Shown in pieces: positions 18,949 to 26,766 of a stretch of DNA of 64,000 bases. Where the stretch lies: NCBI GenBank assembly GCA_044867425.1, contig JBIOUX010000167.1:20365-84364 (forward strand), given 5' to 3'. Positions within the stretch are counted from its first letter, which is position 1; the number at the start of each line of letters is the position of its first letter. The notes beneath the pieces are model-generated. The model was not told the origin of the DNA, made no database searches, and was given only the letters and a program-made list of their open reading frames with translations. A program made the position numbers and the translations under genes. Source of the stretch: Acidimicrobiia bacterium. GTDB taxonomy: Bacteria > Actinomycetota > Acidimicrobiia > IMCC26256 > BP-133.

Positions 18949-20319
18949 GTGACTCCCTACACTGAGGCCGTGGCCCGGCGCTTCTACATCCGCACCTTCG
19001 GGTGCCAGATGAACGAGCATGACTCGCAGCGTCTGGCCGGGCTGCTCGCCGCCGAGGGCCTCGAGGAGGCGGCCACGCCCGAGGATGCCGACGTGGTGGT
19101 GCTCAACACCTGCTGCGTGCGGGAGAACGCCGACAACAAGCTCTACGGCCATCTGGGGCACCTCAAGTCGCTCAAGGCGGCGAACCCCGACCTGCAGATC
19201 GCCGTGGGCGGCTGCCTGGCCCAGAAGGACCGGGAGCTCATCCAGGCCAGGGCCGGGCACGTCGACGTCGTCTTCGGAACCCACAACCTCAGCCACGCGC
19301 CGGCGCTGCTCGACCGGGCCCGGCTCGAGGGCCCGGTGATGGAGATCCTCGAGGAGTCGGAGGCTTTCCCCTCCGCCCTGCCCGCCCGCCGGGACGTGGC
19401 CCACTCCGCCTGGGTGACCATCCAGATCGGCTGCGACAACACCTGTGCCTTCTGCATCGTCCCCGCGGTGCGGGGCAAGGAGCAGAGCCGGCGCCTGGGC
19501 GACGTCGTGCGCGAGGTCGAAGAGCTGGCCGCCGACGGCGTGTCGGAGATCACGCTGCTCGGCCAGAACGTCAACTCCTATGGCCGGGACCTCGGCGCCG
19601 GCCAGTACCGGCCCCGCTTCGCCGACCTGCTCCGGGCCGTCGACGCCGTCCCCGGGATCCGCCGGGTGCGCTTCACCTCGCCCCACCCCAAGGATCTGCG
19701 CCCCGAGACGATCGCCGCCATGGCCGAGTGCGAGGCGGTGTGCGAGCACCTCCACCTCCCCCTCCAGGCCGGCAGCGACCGCACCCTGGCCCGCATGCAC
19801 CGGGGCTACACCGCCGCCCGCTACCTGGACCGCCTGGCCGCGGCCCGGGCCGCCATCCCCGACCTCGCCGTCACCACCGATCTCATCGTCGGCTTCCCGG
19901 GCGAGACGGACGACGACTTCGCCGCCACCCTGGAGGTGGTGGAGGAAGCCGGCTACGACGCCGCCTACACCTTCGTCTTCTCGGCCCGGCCCGGCACCGA
20001 GGCGGCCGCCTGGACCGACGACTTCGTCCCCGCCGACGTGACCAGGGAACGGATGACGCGCCTCACCGAGGCGGTGGAACGCTCGGCCCTCGCCCGCCAC
20101 GAAGCGAGGGTGGGGCGGGTGGAGGAGGTCCTGGTCGAAGGTCCGTCCAAGAAGGACCCCTCCCTCACCACCGGACGCACCCGCCAGAACAAGCTGGTCC
20201 ACTTCGCCGCCGACCTGTCCCCCGGAAGCTTCACCAACGTCAGGGTGGAGGGCGCCGCCCCCCACCACCTGCGGGGGTCCCTGGCCACCCGGACGCCCCT
20301 GGCCGTCTCGCCCGCTTGA
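18949..20319 (+). CDS. miaB: tRNA-2-methylthio-N6-dimethylallyladenosine synthase MiaB
   Basis: RTFGCQMNEHDS, GCDNTCAFCIVP, RFTSPHPKD, GRTRQNK. Confidence 0.95.
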   Translation: MTPYTEAVARRFYIRTFGCQMNEHDSQRLAGLLAAEGLEEAATPEDADVVVLNTCCVRENADNKLYGHLGHLKSLKAANPDLQIAVGGCLAQKDRELIQARAGHVDVVFGTHNLSHAPALLDRARLEGPVMEILEESEAFPSALPARRDVAHSAWVTIQIGCDNTCAFCIVPAVRGKEQSRRLGDVVREVEELAADGVSEITLLGQNVNSYGRDLGAGQYRPRFADLLRAVDAVPGIRRVRFTSPHPKDLRPETIAAMAECEAVCEHLHLPLQAGSDRTLARMHRGYTAARYLDRLAAARAAIPDLAVTTDLIVGFPGETDDDFAATLEVVEEAGYDAAYTFVFSARPGTEAAAWTDDFVPADVTRERMTRLTEAVERSALARHEARVGRVEEVLVEGPSKKDPSLTTGRTRQNKLVHFAADLSPGSFTNVRVEGAAPHHLRGSLATRTPLAVSPA

Positions 20320-21272
20320 CCGGGCCGCGAACCCACCTGGCGCTGGTCGGGCCCACCGCCACGGGGAAATCGGCGCTGGCGATGGCGGCGGCCGCCGAGC
20401 TGGGCGACGTGGAGATCGTCACCGTCGACTCCATGCAGGTCTACCGGGGCATGGACATCGGCACGGCCAAGCCGACGGCGGCTGAGCGGGCGGCCGTGCC
20501 CCACCACGTCCTCGACGTGGCCGACCCCATCGACCAGTTCTCCGTCGCCTGCTTCCAGCGGGCGGCCGCCCAGGCCATCGCCGGCATCGAGGCCCGGGGG
20601 CACCGCGCCCTGCTGGTGGGCGGGACTGGCCTGTACTACCAGGCGGTGGTGGACGGTCTCACGCCGCCGGGCCGGGACGCCGCGCTGGCCGAGACCCTCG
20701 AGGCCCGAGCCGAGGACGAGCTCTCGGAGATGTATGCCGAGCTGTCCCGGCTCGACCCGGTGGCCGCCGGCCGCATCGAGCCCGGCAACCGGCGCCGGGT
20801 GGTGCGGGCCCTGGAGGTCACCCTGGCGACCGGCCGGCCCTTCTCGTCCTTCGGCCCGGGGATGTTCGTCCCGCCGGCCGGGGAGGCCGCACCGACCCCC
20901 GGGGGGCGTGGTCTCTCCGTGCGGAGCGTGGGTCTGTGGCTGCCCCGGGCCGTCACCGCCGCTCGCATCACCGAGCGCGTGGTGGCCATGGCCCGCCAGG
21001 GACTGGTGGACGAGGTCCGGCGCCTCGCCGCCGCCCCCGCCGGGCTCTCGCGGACCGCCCGCCAGGCCATCGGCTACAAGGAGATCCTCGACCACCTGGA
21101 GGGGAGGACGACGCTGGAGGCGGCGCTGTCCAAGGCGGCGGACCGCACCCGGGCCCTGGCCCGGCGCCAGCGCATGTGGTTCCGGCGCGACCCCCGCATC
21201 CGGTGGCTGGGGACGGCCGAGAATCCGCTCGCCGTCCTCCCCGCCCTTCTGGCAACGTGGACCCGGTCATGA
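20316..21272 (+). CDS. miaA: tRNA dimethylallyltransferase MiaA
   Basis: GPTATGKS, DSMQVYRGMDIGTAKP, VGGTGLY, QAIGYKE, ARRQRMWFR; TTG start overlaps miaB stop. Confidence 0.93.
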   Translation: MTGPRTHLALVGPTATGKSALAMAAAAELGDVEIVTVDSMQVYRGMDIGTAKPTAAERAAVPHHVLDVADPIDQFSVACFQRAAAQAIAGIEARGHRALLVGGTGLYYQAVVDGLTPPGRDAALAETLEARAEDELSEMYAELSRLDPVAAGRIEPGNRRRVVRALEVTLATGRPFSSFGPGMFVPPAGEAAPTPGGRGLSVRSVGLWLPRAVTAARITERVVAMARQGLVDEVRRLAAAPAGLSRTARQAIGYKEILDHLEGRTTLEAALSKAADRTRALARRQRMWFRRDPRIRWLGTAENPLAVLPALLATWTRS

Positions 21273-22207
21273 CCACGCTCCATCTCTCCAAGCTCCACGC
21301 CACCGCCAACGACTTCCTGGTGCTGGCCGACCTCGAGGCCGCCTTCGGCCCCGCCGGGCACGGGGGTGCGGGGGTGTCCCCCGGAGGCACAGCGCGCCTG
21401 TCGCCCGCCCTGCGGGCCGCCCTGTGCGACCGTCGCCGGGGCATCGGCGCCGATGGATTCATCCGACTCCTGCCCGGCGGCGACGGGGCCGACTGCGCCA
21501 TGGAGCTCACCAACGCCGACGGCGGCCTGGCCGAGATCAGCGGCAACGGCCTGCGTTGCCTGGCTTGGGTGGCCGCCGCCCACGGCCTGGGCGCGGACGG
21601 CCGGATGGTGGTCGACACCGCCGCCGGACCCCGTCACATCACGTTCACCCGCCGCCCCGACACCGGCGAGGTCGACTTCGCCGAGGTGGACATGGGGGCT
21701 GTGACCTTCGTGCCCGGCGACATCCCCCTCGACGCCCCCGACCCCTTCGACCTCGAGGCGGTGGTCGATGGCGTGGTCTATCGGGGCGACGCCGCCGGCG
21801 CCGGCAACCCGCACTTCGTCCTCCTGGTCGACGACCCGGCCACTGTCCCCCTGGACCGCCATGGGCCGGTGCTCGAGACCGACGCCCGCTTCCCCCGCCG
21901 CACCAACGTGGAGATGGTCGCCGCCCGGGCCGGCGGCCTGCACATGCGGGTCTGGGAGCGGGGGGTGGGAGAGACCGCCTCCTGCGGATCGGGGGCCTGC
22001 GCGGCGGCCGCCGTCGCCCACCGCCGGGGCCTGGTGCCCGCCCGTTCGGTGGTGGCCGTGCCCGGCGGGGAGCTGAGTGTGGAGGTGGGCGACACGGTGC
22101 GCCTCGGCGGTCCCGTCGTCCACGTGTTCGACGTGGACATCGACCTCGAGCGGTTCCCCGAGAACCCCGGGGCCCGGGGTGTCCCCGAGAACATGGAGAT
22201 CCCATGA
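21269..22207 (+). CDS. dapF: Diaminopimelate epimerase (first catalytic Cys appears as Ser)
   Basis: NDF, GIGADG, NADGGLAEISGNGLRC, GNPH, NVE, VWERGVGETASCGSGAC. Confidence 0.88.
   Translation: MTTLHLSKLHATANDFLVLADLEAAFGPAGHGGAGVSPGGTARLSPALRAALCDRRRGIGADGFIRLLPGGDGADCAMELTNADGGLAEISGNGLRCLAWVAAAHGLGADGRMVVDTAAGPRHITFTRRPDTGEVDFAEVDMGAVTFVPGDIPLDAPDPFDLEAVVDGVVYRGDAAGAGNPHFVLLVDDPATVPLDRHGPVLETDARFPRRTNVEMVAARAGGLHMRVWERGVGETASCGSGACAAAAVAHRRGLVPARSVVAVPGGELSVEVGDTVRLGGPVVHVFDVDIDLERFPENPGARGVPENMEIP
21361..21390 (+). repeat. Degenerate R27 copy inside dapF (loop peptide GGAGVSPGG)
   Basis: CGGGGGTGCGGGGGTGTCCCCCGGAGGCAC resembles the dapD unit. Confidence 0.5.
22166..22192 (+). repeat. 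R27 copy in dapF 3' end (27 nt, PGARGVPEN)
   Basis: CCCGGGGCCCGGGGTGTCCCCGAGAAC; the 11-mer TCCCCGAGAAC occurs at 22155 and 22182, a 27-nt period. Confidence 0.85.
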
Positions 22208-23502
22208 CCCCGCCCCAGGGACGCCAGCGCCGCCGGCTCACGGCCACCGAAGTCGACCTCGGGGTCGTCCGCCAGCGCGCCCTGCTGGTGGGCGTGGACG
22301 GCGACTCCATCGAAGAGGCGGAAGTCTCCCTGGACGAGCTCGCCCTGCTTACCGACACGGCTGGAGCCGACCCGGTGGAGCGGGCGGCGCAGCGGCGCGA
22401 GACCCCCGATCCCGCCACCTACATCGGCAAGGGCAAGGCGGCCGAGCTGGCCGACCTGGCCGAGGTCCTGGACATCGACGTGGTCGTCTTCGACGTGGAT
22501 CTCTCGCCCGCCCAGCAGCGCAACCTGGAGAAGCTCTTCGAACGGGATGTCGTCGACCGCGAGGCCGTGATCCTCGACATCTTCGCCCAGCACGCCCACA
22601 GCCGGGCCGGCATGCTCCAGGTCGAGCTGGCCCAGCTGCGCTACCGGCTCCCCCGGCTGCGGGGCCGGGGCGTGCAGATGAGCCGCCAGGAGGGCGGCAT
22701 CGGCGCCAAGCGGGGCCCCGGCGAGACGAAGCTGGAGGTCGACCGGCGCCGCATCCTGTCCCGCATCGCCAAGCTGGAGCGGGAGCTGGCCGAGGTGGCC
22801 AAGAACCGCACCACCCAGCGCAAGGCCCGTCGCAAGGCCGAGCACCCCCAGGTGGCGCTGGTGGGCTACACCAACGCCGGCAAGTCGACGCTCCTCAACC
22901 ACCTCACCGGCGCCGGGGTGCTGGTCGAGGACCGGCTCTTCTCCACGCTCGACTCCACCGTCCGCCGCCTGACCCTCCCCGGCGGGGAGACCGTGCTCGT
23001 CTCCGACACGGTGGGGTTCGTGCGCAAGTTGCCCCATCAACTGGTGGAGTCGTTCCGCTCCACGCTGGAGGAGGTGCGCGACGCCGACATCGTCCTCCAC
23101 GTGGTGGATGCCTCCGTGGCCGATCCCGGGCGCCAGATCCGGGCGGTGCGGGCCGTCCTGGCCGAGATCGATGCCGGTGACATCCCCGAGCTCATGGTCA
23201 TCAACAAGATCGACGTGGCCGATCCCGAGGCCGTCGCCGATCTGGTGGACGACAACGGAGCGGTGGCCATCTCGGCCGTCTCCGGCGAGGGCACCGACAA
23301 GCTCCTCGAGACCCTGGGCGCCCGCCTGCGGGCCCTGAACGCGGTGGTGGAGCTGACCGTGCCCTACGACCGGGGTGATGTGATCGCCGCCCTGCACCGG
23401 GAGGGCGAGGTCCTCGTCGAGGTCCACGACGAGTCGGGCAGCCGCATCCGGGCCCGCCTTCCCCGCCAGGGGCTGGAGCGTTTCGCGCCATACATGGCCT
23501 AG
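22204..23502 (+). CDS. hflX: GTPase HflX
   Basis: YIGKGK, ILDIFAQHA, GPGETKLEVDRR, VGYTNAGKST, LFSTLD, DTVGFV, NKID. Confidence 0.95.
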   Translation: MTPPQGRQRRRLTATEVDLGVVRQRALLVGVDGDSIEEAEVSLDELALLTDTAGADPVERAAQRRETPDPATYIGKGKAAELADLAEVLDIDVVVFDVDLSPAQQRNLEKLFERDVVDREAVILDIFAQHAHSRAGMLQVELAQLRYRLPRLRGRGVQMSRQEGGIGAKRGPGETKLEVDRRRILSRIAKLERELAEVAKNRTTQRKARRKAEHPQVALVGYTNAGKSTLLNHLTGAGVLVEDRLFSTLDSTVRRLTLPGGETVLVSDTVGFVRKLPHQLVESFRSTLEEVRDADIVLHVVDASVADPGRQIRAVRAVLAEIDAGDIPELMVINKIDVADPEAVADLVDDNGAVAISAVSGEGTDKLLETLGARLRALNAVVELTVPYDRGDVIAALHREGEVLVEVHDESGSRIRARLPRQGLERFAPYMA

Positions 23503-23515
23503 GCTTTTCAGTTCC

Positions 23516-24721
23516 ATGTTTGCTGCCGATTCCTCGCGCGGCTTCGTGCCGCCTCCCTATCCCTACGCCCGCCTCGACGACCTGCGCCGCCAGGCGGCCG
23601 CCGTCGAGGGCGGGATCGTCGACCTATCGGTGGGCACGCCCTGCGATCCGGTCCCGCCGGCGGTGGCCGCCGCCCTGGCCGACGCCGGCCCCCGCTGGGC
23701 CGGATACCCCTCGGCGGTGGGCCTGCCCCCGCTGCGGGAGGCGGCGGCGGGCTGGATCGAGCGCCGCTTCGGTGTCACCCTCGACCCCGCCCAGGTGGTG
23801 GCCTGCACCGGCACCAAGGAGCTGGTGGCCTCGCTGCCCCACGTGCTGGCCCTGCGGGACCGGTCGCGGGACACGGTGCTCTACCCGGCGGTCTCCTACC
23901 CGACCTACGAGATGGGGGCCATCCTGGCCGGCTTGCGGGCCGTGCCCGTCCCCCTCACCAAAGACTGGCACCTCGACCTCACGGCCGTGGCCGAGGAAGA
24001 CGCCGCCCGAGCCCTGCTGCTGTGGGTCAACGAGCCCGGCAACCCCACCGGCTCGGCCGCCAAGACCGCCGACCTGGCCGCCACGGTCGATTGGGCCCGG
24101 GCCCGAGGCATCATCGTGGCCAGCGACGAGTGCTACGTGGAGTTCACCTACAACGCCTTCGGCCGGCCCACGACCGGAGCCACCGCGCTGTCCGCCGGAG
24201 AGGACGGAGTGCTGGTGGTCCACTCCCTGTCCAAGCGCTCCAACATGGCCGGCTACCGCTGCGGCTTCCTGGCCGGCGACGGCGAACTCGTCGCCTACAT
24301 CGGCCAGGTCCGCACCCACGCCGGGTGCATGGTGCCCGGCCCGGTGCAGGCCGCCGCCACCGTGGCCTGGGCCGATGACGACCACGTGGAGCTCCAACAG
24401 CTCATCTACGGGGAGCGGCGGGCCTACGCCCGGTCCCGCCTGCGCCAGGCCGGCCTGGACGAAGCCGGCGGTCCCGCCACCTTCTACCTGTGGGCCGGCT
24501 CCAAGAACGATGAGGACGGGTGGACCATGGCCGCCCGCCTGGCCGCCACCGGCACCCTCGTCTCCCCCGGCGACCTCTACGGTCCCGCCGGCGCACCCCA
24601 CATCCGTATCGCCCTCGTCCATCCCCTGGACCGGCTGCAGCTGGCCTTCGACCGCCTGGCCGGCGAGGTCAAGCGCCGCGCCGGCGTGCGGGGCGTTCCG
24701 TCGAAGAGAGCCGCGCCGTGA
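23516..24721 (+). CDS. dapC: N-succinyldiaminopimelate aminotransferase (class I/II PLP)
   Basis: DLSVGTP, YPTYEMGA, NEPGNPTG, ASDECY, SLSKRSNMAGYR; dap operon context. Confidence 0.85.
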   Translation: MFAADSSRGFVPPPYPYARLDDLRRQAAAVEGGIVDLSVGTPCDPVPPAVAAALADAGPRWAGYPSAVGLPPLREAAAGWIERRFGVTLDPAQVVACTGTKELVASLPHVLALRDRSRDTVLYPAVSYPTYEMGAILAGLRAVPVPLTKDWHLDLTAVAEEDAARALLLWVNEPGNPTGSAAKTADLAATVDWARARGIIVASDECYVEFTYNAFGRPTTGATALSAGEDGVLVVHSLSKRSNMAGYRCGFLAGDGELVAYIGQVRTHAGCMVPGPVQAAATVAWADDDHVELQQLIYGERRAYARSRLRQAGLDEAGGPATFYLWAGSKNDEDGWTMAARLAATGTLVSPGDLYGPAGAPHIRIALVHPLDRLQLAFDRLAGEVKRRAGVRGVPSKRAAP

Positions 24722-25599
24722 GCCCCGGGGTTCGGGGTGTCCCCGAAGGACACGGGGTTCGGGGTGTCCCCGAAGGACACGATGAGTTGGCCAAGCTGAT
24801 CACCGCCGCCTGGGAGGCCAAGGACGACCCGGCCGGGCTCGCCCCCGAGGTCCCCGGCCTGGTGGCCGACGCCGTCGACCTGCTCGACTCCGGTCAGGTC
24901 CGGGTGGCCGAGGTGGTCGACGGCCAGGTCGTGGTCCACGAGTGGCTGAAGCTCGCCATCCTCCTCTGCTTCCGCACCCGGGGCCTGGAGACCATCGAAC
25001 TCGGGCCGTTCGAGTACTGCGACCGCATCCCGCTCAAGCGCGACTACGCCGCCGCCCGGGTGCGGGTGGTCCCCGGGGCCTCCGCCCGCTGGGGCGCCTA
25101 CCTCGCCCCCGGGGTCACCCTCATGCCGTCCTACGTCAACATCGGCGCCCGCGTCGGCGAGGGCACCCTGGTGGACACCTGGGCCACGGTGGGCTCCTGC
25201 GCCCAGATCGGCTCCGGTGTCCACCTCTCGGGGGGCGTGGGTATCGGCGGGGTCCTGGAACCGCCCCAGGCCGCCCCGGTGGTCATCGAGGACGACGTCT
25301 TCGTCGGCTCCCGCTCCATCGTGGTGGACGGAGCCCGGATCCGCCGGGGGGCCAAGCTGGGTGCCGGTGTCGTCCTCACCTCCTCCGTGCCGGTGATCGA
25401 CGCCCAGACGGGCGACGAGCTGGCCCGGGGTGAGATCCCCGAGCGGGCGGTGGCCGTCCCCGCCACCCGGGCCCGCGCCTTCCCCGGGGGCGAGTTCGGC
25501 CTGGCCTGCGTCCTGGTGCTGCGGACCCTGGCCGTCGGTGAGGAGCACGACAAGCTGGCCCTGAACGCCGTCCTCCGGGAGCACGGCCTCGCTCAATGA
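24718..25599 (+). CDS. dapD: Tetrahydrodipicolinate N-succinyltransferase (E. coli-type); start uncertain
   Basis: LMPSYVNIGA..DTWATVGSCAQIG..HLSGGVGIGGVLEP; GTGA overlap with dapC. Confidence 0.92.
   Translation: MSPGVRGVPEGHGVRGVPEGHDELAKLITAAWEAKDDPAGLAPEVPGLVADAVDLLDSGQVRVAEVVDGQVVVHEWLKLAILLCFRTRGLETIELGPFEYCDRIPLKRDYAAARVRVVPGASARWGAYLAPGVTLMPSYVNIGARVGEGTLVDTWATVGSCAQIGSGVHLSGGVGIGGVLEPPQAAPVVIEDDVFVGSRSIVVDGARIRRGAKLGAGVVLTSSVPVIDAQTGDELARGEIPERAVAVPATRARAFPGGEFGLACVLVLRTLAVGEEHDKLALNAVLREHGLAQ
24727..24780 (+). repeat. Two tandem 27-nt R27 units at the dapC/dapD junction
   Basis: (GGGGTTCGGGGTGTCCCCGAAGGACAC)x2, encoding (GVRGVPEGH)x2 if dapD starts at 24718. Confidence 0.95.
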
Positions 25600-25601
25600 C
25601 T

Positions 25602-25659
25602 ATGGCTCTTCGCCTGGCGGCTCATCGCTGTGCGGCTGGGGACCCCAGCCCCAGCCGCC
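25602..25659 (+). repeat. 58-bp junction repeat R58, copy 2
   Basis: ATGGCTCTTCGCCTGGCGGCTCATCGCTGTGCGGCTGGGGACCCCAGCCCCAGCCGCC. Confidence 0.9.
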
Positions 25660-25695
25660 GCGCCCGGGCTGCGCCAGTACCGGGGAGGCTCAGAG

Positions 25696-26766
25696 GTGGG
25701 TGACCTGTCAATCCCCGCCGGCGACCTGCTCGGCCTGACCGCCGCCCTGTGCGCCGTGCCCTCGGTGAGCCGTCACGAGGAGGACCTGGCCGCGGCGGTG
25801 GAGGTTCGCCTGGCCGCCTGCGCCCTCCACGTGGAACGGGTGGGGAACACCGTCGTGGCCCGCACCCAGGCCGGACGGGATCGCCGGGTGGTGCTGGCCG
25901 GGCATCTGGACACCGTGCCGCCCAACGGCAACGAGGTGCCGAAAGTGGAAGGCGACACCCTCTACGGCCTGGGCGCCGCCGACATGAAGGGCGGACTGGC
26001 GGTGCTCCTGCGCCTGGCCGAGGAGGTGGCGCCGGCCGCCCGCTTCGACGTGACCCTCGTCTTCTACGAGAGCGAGGAGATCGCCGACGAGTACAACGGG
26101 CTGCGCCACCTCTTCGAGGTCCGCCCCGACCTGGTGGCGGGCGACTTCGCCGTCCTCCTCGAACCCACCGACAACTGGCTCGAGGCCGGCTGCCAGGGTT
26201 CGATCCGTCTCGAGGCCACCTTCACCGGGGAGCGGGCTCACACCGCCCGGCCCTGGCGGGGGCGCAACGCCGTTCACCGGGCGGCACCCGTCCTCAGCCG
26301 CCTGGCCGGCCACCAGCCCCCCGAGATCGAGGTGGACGGGCTGTGCTTCCGCCAGGCCCTCCAGGTCGTCGACATCCACGGCGGGGTGGCGGGCAACGTG
26401 GTGCCCGACCGCTGCACCATCGCCGTCAACCGCCGCTACGCCCCCAGCCTCAGCCTGGAGGAGGTGGAGGCCGAGGTGCGGGCCCTGCTCGCCGGCGCCG
26501 ACGAGGTGGCGCTGACCTCAGTGTCGCCCGCCGCCCACCCCAACCTGTCCGACCCGCTGGTGGCCGAGTTCGCCGCCAGCCTCGGGGTCCCGGTGCGGCC
26601 CAAGCTGGGCTGGACCGACGTGGCCCGGTTCAGCGCCCACGGCGTGCCGGCGGTGAACTTCGGGCCCGGCGATCCCGAGGTGTCCCACACCGCCGGCGAA
26701 CACGTCAGCCGATCGTCACTCGAGGCCTGCCATCAGGCGCTGGCCCGGTTCCTTTCGCCCACCTGA
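25696..26766 (+). CDS. dapE: Succinyl-diaminopimelate desuccinylase (M20)
   Basis: LAGHLDTVP, GLGAADMKGG, YESEE, EPT, GWTDVARF, NFGPGD; GGGGAGG SD before GTG 25696. Confidence 0.9.
   Translation: MGDLSIPAGDLLGLTAALCAVPSVSRHEEDLAAAVEVRLAACALHVERVGNTVVARTQAGRDRRVVLAGHLDTVPPNGNEVPKVEGDTLYGLGAADMKGGLAVLLRLAEEVAPAARFDVTLVFYESEEIADEYNGLRHLFEVRPDLVAGDFAVLLEPTDNWLEAGCQGSIRLEATFTGERAHTARPWRGRNAVHRAAPVLSRLAGHQPPEIEVDGLCFRQALQVVDIHGGVAGNVVPDRCTIAVNRRYAPSLSLEEVEAEVRALLAGADEVALTSVSPAAHPNLSDPLVAEFAASLGVPVRPKLGWTDVARFSAHGVPAVNFGPGDPEVSHTAGEHVSRSSLEACHQALARFLSPT

Noticed and set aside
20886-20915. Possible degenerate R27 copy in a MiaA loop (APTPGGRGLS)
   Set aside because: Too diverged from the core hairpin to distinguish from GC-rich background without an alignment.
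24727-24780. Tandem 27-nt repeats as a CRISPR array
   Set aside because: Only two units, directly adjacent with no spacers, and no cas genes in the window.
25749-26762. N-terminal extension of the 1082-aa helicase ORF
   Set aside because: Off-frame read-through across dapE; Arg/Gly/Pro-rich with no helicase features.
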